Source: Alphaproteobacteria bacterium
Lineage (GTDB): Bacteria > Pseudomonadota > Alphaproteobacteria > RF32 > CAG-239
NCBI GenBank assembly: GCA_048463395.1
Contig: DBFWPL010000025.1
Span: forward strand, 9,545-73,544
Direction of reading: 5' to 3'
Length of the DNA: 64,000 nucleotides
The notes beneath the pieces were generated by a model, which saw only the letters and a list, made by a program, of their open reading frames with translations, was not told the DNA's origin and searched no databases. This document shows positions 58,627 to 64,000 of the stretch, in pieces. The position numbers and the translations under genes are program-made. Positions within the stretch are counted from its first letter, which is position 1. Each line of letters opens with the position of its first letter.

Positions 58627-59305
58627 TGTTAATAATCAGTTTGAATTTGGAAATTCTGTTGATGAACAGTCCGTTTTCTTCATTTTCATAAAGACGCCAT
58701 AGTTCTTTGTTTTTGAGGAACGTATCTCCCGGTTTCATGAATTCCCAGTTCAATTCATTGGTATTGATCGGGGAGTAGGAGAATATGTCCTTGGTAAACA
58801 TTGGGAAGAATGACGCGGAAAATTTAGCTCCTTCCGGCATTTGGATATACCAGGCGGGAAACAAATAGTCATTGGTTTTGCCGATTTTGTATATCTTGAC
58901 GGCGTAAATCTCGACATCTCCGTAACCCTGGGTTTGTGCGTATCCGTAAACATCTGCTTCCGTTGGGAAAATGTTTATTTCTTTAATGAGCAGTTCCAAA
59001 CAGTCGTCAGCCACGAGTTGGAAATAGTGTCCTCTCCAAACAAAATATGAGTTTACGGAGAGTTCTGTGAAACTTGTTATCGGGGAGAAGTTATTATCAT
59101 TGAAGGCTTTGAGTGGCTGCAGCTTTCCTTTTTGGGGGATGAGCAGCCAGCATAAACTGTCGCCTTCGTCGTTATGTGCTACTCCGAATTTTATCTTTCC
59201 ATATAGTTTTTTTTGAGCAAAAACCATGAAGGCTTCAATAAGAGACGGAACGCTACATTCGTTTCCGACCGGAATCAAGTACTCTTGTTGTGGTAACGGT
59301 TTCAT
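58610..59305 (-). CDS. Hypothetical protein
   Basis: A 231-aa protein with no recognisable motif. Confidence 0.5.
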   Translation of the reverse strand: MKPLPQQEYLIPVGNECSVPSLIEAFMVFAQKKLYGKIKFGVAHNDEGDSLCWLLIPQKGKLQPLKAFNDNNFSPITSFTELSVNSYFVWRGHYFQLVADDCLELLIKEINIFPTEADVYGYAQTQGYGDVEIYAVKIYKIGKTNDYLFPAWYIQMPEGAKFSASFFPMFTKDIFSYSPINTNELNWEFMKPGDTFLKNKELWRLYENEENGLFINRISKFKLIINNQRGD

Positions 59306-59391
59306 AATTATAAGAATTTAGTTTAACATATACGTAGCAATATTTTTAAGATTTTGTCCAAAATATTATCATATCCTTTTTATAAATCAAT

Positions 59392-59431
59392 AAAAAAAGC
59401 ACTCTGCTTTTCAACAGAGTGCTTTGTTTTT
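59392..59431 (-). terminator. Intrinsic terminator downstream of the PFOR gene
   Basis: The stem AGCACTCTG/CAGAGTGCT encloses the loop CTTTTCAA. On the minus strand the stem is followed by a U-run, which is the A7 run at 59392-59398 on the plus strand. Confidence 0.65.
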
Positions 59432-59446
59432 GCGTGTCAGAACAGA

Positions 59447-62400
59447 TTATTCAGCTGTTTTGAATTCAGCCATATGTTCTAACAGGGAACGTTTGTCTTT
59501 AACGTTTTCCTGAGCCTTGTTCAACAAGGTTTCATAGCGTTCAGGGTTTGCTTTGTTAACAACCTGGAAACGTGTTTCGTTAGCCATATAATCAGCCAAC
59601 GGTTTGGAAGGTGCTTTTGAGTCAAGCATCAATGGAGCTTTACCTTCCGCAATGTTTTCAGGGTTGTAACGATACAACGGCCAAGAACCGGATTCAACAG
59701 CATCTTTTTGGTGGCTCAAACCGTCGGCAAGGTTGAAACCTTGAGCGATACAGTGTGAGTAAGCGATGATGATTGACGGTCCGTTATAAGCTTCAGCTTC
59801 GTTCATGGCTTTGATTACCTGAGCGTCATTGGCACCGAAAGCAACCTGAGCAACATAAACATTGCCGTAAGACATTGCAATCATACCCAAGTCTTTCTTA
59901 GGCAGTGCTTTACCGGCTGTAGCAAATTTAGCGGAAGCACCCATCGGGGTAGCTTTGGACTGTTGACCGCCGGTATTGGAGTAAACACCTGTATCCATAA
60001 CAAGAATATTGATGTTCTTACCGGAAGCAATGGCGTGATCCAAACCGCCGAAGCCAATATCATAAGCCCAACCGTCACCGCCGAGAATCCATACAGATTT
60101 CTTAATCAGGTAGTCAGCCAGCTTGTCGAGATGTTTGGCTTCAGGAGTATTGATGGAAGCCAGTTTATCACGCAAAGCTTTTACATTGGCACGCTGATTA
60201 TCAACTTCAATATCTGTAGCTTGCGGGTTAGAGAGAATTTTTTCGACCAAATCGGCACCGATTTTATCTTTCAAGCCATCCATAAGGGTTTTGGCGAAGT
60301 TGGTTTGCTGATCGATAGAGAATCTCATACCCAAACCGAATTCGGCGTTGTCTTCAAACAGAGAGTTAGCCCAAGCCGGACCATGACCTTTTTCGTCTTT
60401 CGCATAAGGAGTGGTCGGCAGGTTGCCGGAGTAAATTGAAGAACAGCCTGTTGCGTTGGCAACAACCATACGATCACCAAACAACTGTGTCAGCAATTTA
60501 ACGTAAGGTGTTTCACCGCAGCCGGCACAAGCACCGGAGAATTCGAACAACGGCTGAATCAGCTGAGTTGTTTTAGGAAGAGTTTTGGAAACTTCGGTAC
60601 GTTTAACGTAAGGAAGAGTTTCAAAGAACTTCCAGTTAGCTTTTTCAGCATCAAGATGGTTTTCGATGTGATCCATGTTGATGGCCTTTTTAGCCGGATC
60701 AGCTTTGTTTTTAGCCGGGCAGGCAGATGTACAAATGCCGCAGCCGGTACAATCTTCCGGAGAAATTTGGAGAATGAATTTCTTGCCGGCAAATTCTTTG
60801 CCTTTGTAATCGGCAGATTTCAAAGTGGCCGGAGCGTTTTTCAATTCTTCTTCAGAAGCAATCTTCATACGGATAACGCCGTGAGGGCATACCAGAGAAC
60901 ATTTGCCGCATTGGATACATGTTTCAGGATCCCAAACCGGAATTTCGGTTGCGATACAGCGTTTTTCATACTGGGTTGTGCCTGTCGGCCAAGTACCGTC
61001 AACAACCGGAGCAAAAGCAGATACAGGGAGTTCGTTACCACGGTCGGCAATGATTTCACCCGTAAGCTTTTTAACAAATTCCGGAGCGTCGGCAGGAACC
61101 GGCAGAGAGCGATGGAATTTGGAAGTTACGCTTGAAGGATATTTAACTTCATGCAAGTGTTCCAAAGAGGCGTCAACGGCAACAAAGTTCTTTTGAACAA
61201 TGGCGTCGCCTTTCTTGCTGTAAGTTTTTTTAATTGCATTTTTAATTTGTGCAATAGCTTCATCTTTCGGCAGGATGTTGGAAATTGCAAAGAAGCATGT
61301 TTGCATAACGGTGTTAATGCGTTGACCCATACCTGTTTCACGGGCAACTTCAACAGCGTTAATGGTGTAGAATTTCAGTTTTTTGGAAATGATTTCTTCC
61401 TGAACTTCAATCGGGAGATGATCCCAAACTTCTTCAGCTTTGTAAGGAGCGTTCAATAAGAATGTTGCCCCCGGTTTAGCAATTTTCAAAATGTCAACCT
61501 TAGACATGAACGGGAACTGGTGGCAGGCAACAAAGTCTGCTTTGTTTACCAGATAAGCTGCTTTAATCGGGTTATCGGAGAAACGCAGGTGAGAAGTGGT
61601 CATGGAACCGGATTTGCGAGAGTCGTAAACAAAGTAGCCCTGACCGTATTTACCGGCGTCTTCAGCAATAATCTTAATGGAGTTTTTGTTAGCACCAACG
61701 GTACCGTCAGCACCCAAACCGTAGAATACGGCACGAACCACGTCTTTAGGTTCGGTGTCAATAGAATCGTCAAACGGCAAGGATGTTTTGTTAACATCAT
61801 CGTTGATACCTACGGAGAAACCGTTAATCGGTTTAGCGGCGGCACCATTGTCATAAACGGCTTTAACCATACCCGGAGTGAATTCTTTTGAAGACAAACC
61901 GTAACGTCCGCCGTAAATGCGTGGCATAGATGCGATTTCGCCTTTAGCGAAAGCCTGTGTCAAGGTAGCGACAACATCTAAGTACAAAGGTTCACCCGTT
62001 GAGCCAGATTCTTTGGTTCTGTCGAGAACAGAAACGACTTTGGCTGTTTTCGGCAAAGCTTTTAAGAATGATTTTTCAGGGAACGGACGATACAGACGAA
62101 CTTTTACCAAGCCGACTTTGTAGCCGTTGTTGTTGAGGTAATTGATGGTTTCTTCAACGGTTTCGGCACCGGAACCCATAATAACGATAACCTGTTCAGC
62201 GTCAGGAGCACCGGCATAATCAACAACATTGTACTGACGACCGCTGATTTTGGCGAATTTGTTCATTTCTTCCTGAACGATGCCTTCAACTTTGGCATAG
62301 AACGGGTTAGAAGCTTCACGACCCTGGAAGAATACGTCAGGGTTTTGAGCGGTACCGCGGATAACCGGAGCTTCCGGACGCAAAGCGTTTTTAGCGTTGA

Positions 62401-63007
62401 ATGTATAGTCAACACCTTCCAACATGGCTCTCAAATCGTCATCAGACAGCAATTTGATTTTTTTGATTTCATGAGATGTACGGAAACCGTCAAAGAAGTG
62501 CATGAACGGAACGCGGCTTCTCAAGGTAGAAGTCTGGGCGATAGCCGCAAAGTCATGAGCTTCCTGAACAGAGTTTGAGCAAAGCATTGCAAAACCGGTC
62601 TGGCGGCAGGACATAACGTCAGTGTGGTCTCCGAAAATAGACAACGCATGGTAAGCCAAAGAACGGGCTGCAACGTGCATTACAAACGGAGACAGTTCGC
62701 CGGCGATTTTATACATATTAGGAATCATCAACAACAAACCTTGAGATGCGGTGAAGGTTGTTGTCAAAGCACCGGCCTGTACAGAACCGTGGCAGGCACC
62801 GGCAGCACCGGCTTCGGACTGCATTTCCTGAACTTCAGGAACAACACCCCAAAGGTTCTTTTGTTTGGCGGCAGACCACGCATCGGCCCATTCACCCATC
62901 GGAGAAGACGGGGTAATCGGGTAAATGACGCAGACTTCGTTCATGCGGTGAGCAACAGAAGCGGCTGCTTCGTTACCGTCCATCATTTTCATCTTTACAT
63001 CTGACAT
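59447..63007 (-). CDS. nifJ: Pyruvate:ferredoxin (flavodoxin) oxidoreductase (NifJ/YdbK type)
   Basis: The 1186-aa protein has the single-chain PFOR domain order. It carries a TPP-binding motif (GGDGWAYDIGFGGLDH) and two ferredoxin-type 4Fe-4S motifs (CIQCGKCSLVCP; CTGCGICTSACP). Confidence 0.92.
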   Translation of the reverse strand: MSDVKMKMMDGNEAAASVAHRMNEVCVIYPITPSSPMGEWADAWSAAKQKNLWGVVPEVQEMQSEAGAAGACHGSVQAGALTTTFTASQGLLLMIPNMYKIAGELSPFVMHVAARSLAYHALSIFGDHTDVMSCRQTGFAMLCSNSVQEAHDFAAIAQTSTLRSRVPFMHFFDGFRTSHEIKKIKLLSDDDLRAMLEGVDYTFNAKNALRPEAPVIRGTAQNPDVFFQGREASNPFYAKVEGIVQEEMNKFAKISGRQYNVVDYAGAPDAEQVIVIMGSGAETVEETINYLNNNGYKVGLVKVRLYRPFPEKSFLKALPKTAKVVSVLDRTKESGSTGEPLYLDVVATLTQAFAKGEIASMPRIYGGRYGLSSKEFTPGMVKAVYDNGAAAKPINGFSVGINDDVNKTSLPFDDSIDTEPKDVVRAVFYGLGADGTVGANKNSIKIIAEDAGKYGQGYFVYDSRKSGSMTTSHLRFSDNPIKAAYLVNKADFVACHQFPFMSKVDILKIAKPGATFLLNAPYKAEEVWDHLPIEVQEEIISKKLKFYTINAVEVARETGMGQRINTVMQTCFFAISNILPKDEAIAQIKNAIKKTYSKKGDAIVQKNFVAVDASLEHLHEVKYPSSVTSKFHRSLPVPADAPEFVKKLTGEIIADRGNELPVSAFAPVVDGTWPTGTTQYEKRCIATEIPVWDPETCIQCGKCSLVCPHGVIRMKIASEEELKNAPATLKSADYKGKEFAGKKFILQISPEDCTGCGICTSACPAKNKADPAKKAINMDHIENHLDAEKANWKFFETLPYVKRTEVSKTLPKTTQLIQPLFEFSGACAGCGETPYVKLLTQLFGDRMVVANATGCSSIYSGNLPTTPYAKDEKGHGPAWANSLFEDNAEFGLGMRFSIDQQTNFAKTLMDGLKDKIGADLVEKILSNPQATDIEVDNQRANVKALRDKLASINTPEAKHLDKLADYLIKKSVWILGGDGWAYDIGFGGLDHAIASGKNINILVMDTGVYSNTGGQQSKATPMGASAKFATAGKALPKKDLGMIAMSYGNVYVAQVAFGANDAQVIKAMNEAEAYNGPSIIIAYSHCIAQGFNLADGLSHQKDAVESGSWPLYRYNPENIAEGKAPLMLDSKAPSKPLADYMANETRFQVVNKANPERYETLLNKAQENVKDKRSLLEHMAEFKTAE

Positions 63008-63424
63008 TTACATATCCTTGTTAAAGTTAATAAAAAAAGCCTCAGATTAGACTGTTTTATGCCTGATCTGCCGGCTTTCGGTTTTTAAATAGAATCTTTC
63101 TGGCCGTTTTATAGCATGTTCTTTTTTTAAAGACCAGCGAAAAATCATTTCAATTAACCGTTAAACCGAATCATTTGAAGACGTGTCGGTATGTTCCTTG
63201 GGTGTTCTTTTGTGTTTGTTTCGGAATAGTGGTGTTTCTGCATAAATGAGTACTCTGGTGAAGCTAAAACGAATGGTGTCGGTTCTTAATTGAATCCTTA
63301 TCATTTTTTGAACAGATTTCAGAGAAAAGTGTTTTTTACTGTGTAAATTTGGCGGTTTAAAGTTGTCGGGCAGGGGATTTTTGTTATATTGAAAATGATG
63401 TATTTTTTATAAAAGGAGAGAATT

Positions 63425-63727
63425 ATGAAAAAATTGTTATCTTTATTCGTTGCTGCCGGTGTTTTAAGTGCCGCTAACGTTATGGCCGCCGATATTGATT
63501 TGGTTTCTGCTGCTCAAAAAGCTCAGAATGCTATTGATACAAATGCTAAAAAAGTTGAAGACGCTAAATCTGACGCAACAAAGAAATGGGAAGCTAAAAA
63601 GGCTGAACAGGAAAAGGCAAAAGCAGAGAAAAAAGCTGCTCGGGATGCTAAAAGAGCCGAACAGAAAAAAGCTTTGGAAGAAACCAAAGACAGTTTGAAT
63701 AATTTGAAAAACACTTTGGCTAAATAA
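63425..63727 (+). CDS. Small secreted Lys/Ala/Glu-rich repeat protein
   Basis: The 100-aa protein has a signal peptide (MKKLLSLFVAAGVLSAANVMA) followed by KAEK/KKA helical repeats. The RBS is AAAGGAGAG. Confidence 0.55.
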   Translation: MKKLLSLFVAAGVLSAANVMAADIDLVSAAQKAQNAIDTNAKKVEDAKSDATKKWEAKKAEQEKAKAEKKAARDAKRAEQKKALEETKDSLNNLKNTLAK

Positions 63728-63747
63728 TCAAATAAAGGATTAGGAAA

Positions 63748-64000
63748 ATGAAACTTATCTATGGATATGCCGTTCTTGCAGCTATAGTTGTTTCCGGTTG
63801 CAGTGATCTTTCTACGCTGATGTCAAGCGGTGATAAAACGCCGGCAACAACGCAAGGACGTCTTAATTCCTGTATGTTGACTGAAGCTAATGATCGTTTG
63901 GCTGCCGGAACATTGTTTGTTTCAGGTGTCCGTGAAACAGCCAGAGATATTGCTTCAACTTGTGTGAAAAAATTGGCTTTGGAATCTGCCGGTTTGGATA
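63748..64000 (+). CDS. Putative lipoprotein (C-terminus off-window)
   Basis: The N-terminus MKLIYGYAVLAAIVVSGCSDLS has a lipobox (VSGC). The ORF runs to the window edge. Confidence 0.5.
   Translation, partial: MKLIYGYAVLAAIVVSGCSDLSTLMSSGDKTPATTQGRLNSCMLTEANDRLAAGTLFVSGVRETARDIASTCVKKLALESAGLD

Noticed and set aside
59963-62578. Multiple 60-160 aa plus-strand ORFs inside the PFOR gene
   Set aside because: They are antisense within a 1186-aa ORF that has unmistakable PFOR motifs.

Overview
This 64 kb window looks like chromosomal DNA from a low-GC alphaproteobacterium. The lineage call is inference and rests on a MipZ-type ParA ATPase, an Hda/HdaA DnaA regulator, a SPOR-domain D-Ala-D-Ala carboxypeptidase, and a fliQ-fliR-flhB-(CckA-like hybrid kinase) string.

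The left end carries a complete-looking type II-C CRISPR-Cas locus with a non-canonical layout. A Neisseria-like Cas9, cut off at its N-terminus by the window edge, is followed immediately by cas2. Next comes a 13-spacer array of 36-bp repeats and 30-bp spacers. cas1 lies on the far side of the array on the opposite strand, so the adaptation genes are split and convergent. No convincing tracrRNA is visible; a degenerate terminal repeat beside the cas1 stop is the best candidate.

From 5.7 to 31 kb the content is housekeeping or moderately variable. It includes an MtaD-like deaminase, slyX, a flavin-reductase/rubredoxin fusion, a K+ channel, a Na+/H+ antiporter, a peroxiredoxin, an LD-carboxypeptidase, an AcrAB-like RND pump with a TetR regulator, an EptA-like transferase, hda, the CckA-like kinase, flhB/fliR/fliQ, phosphoglucomutase, MipZ, and DacC-SPOR.

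A tRNA-His at 31168 has its 3' end plus terminator duplicated 228 bp downstream, which looks like an integration scar. It opens an accessory stretch (31.5-39.8 kb). That stretch holds an HNH-like toxin/SUKH immunity pair, an orphan VirD4/TraG/DotL-family type IV coupling protein, a membrane protein just upstream, and several low-complexity charged proteins of unknown function.

Further right are rluD, rpoH, a degenerate kinase-like protein, a PAS protein with a degenerate GGDEF domain, kdsB, and three adjacent secreted Cys-rich proteins. One of these is a 983-aa tandem-repeat protein with a poly-T13 tract in its promoter and an in-frame (GT)n repeat. The window ends with tsaC/sua5, a second HNH-like/SUKH pair, pepA, an M29 aminopeptidase, a 1186-aa pyruvate:ferredoxin oxidoreductase, and two small secreted proteins.

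All annotation comes from reading the supplied ORF translations and the nucleotide sequence by eye. No database searches were run.
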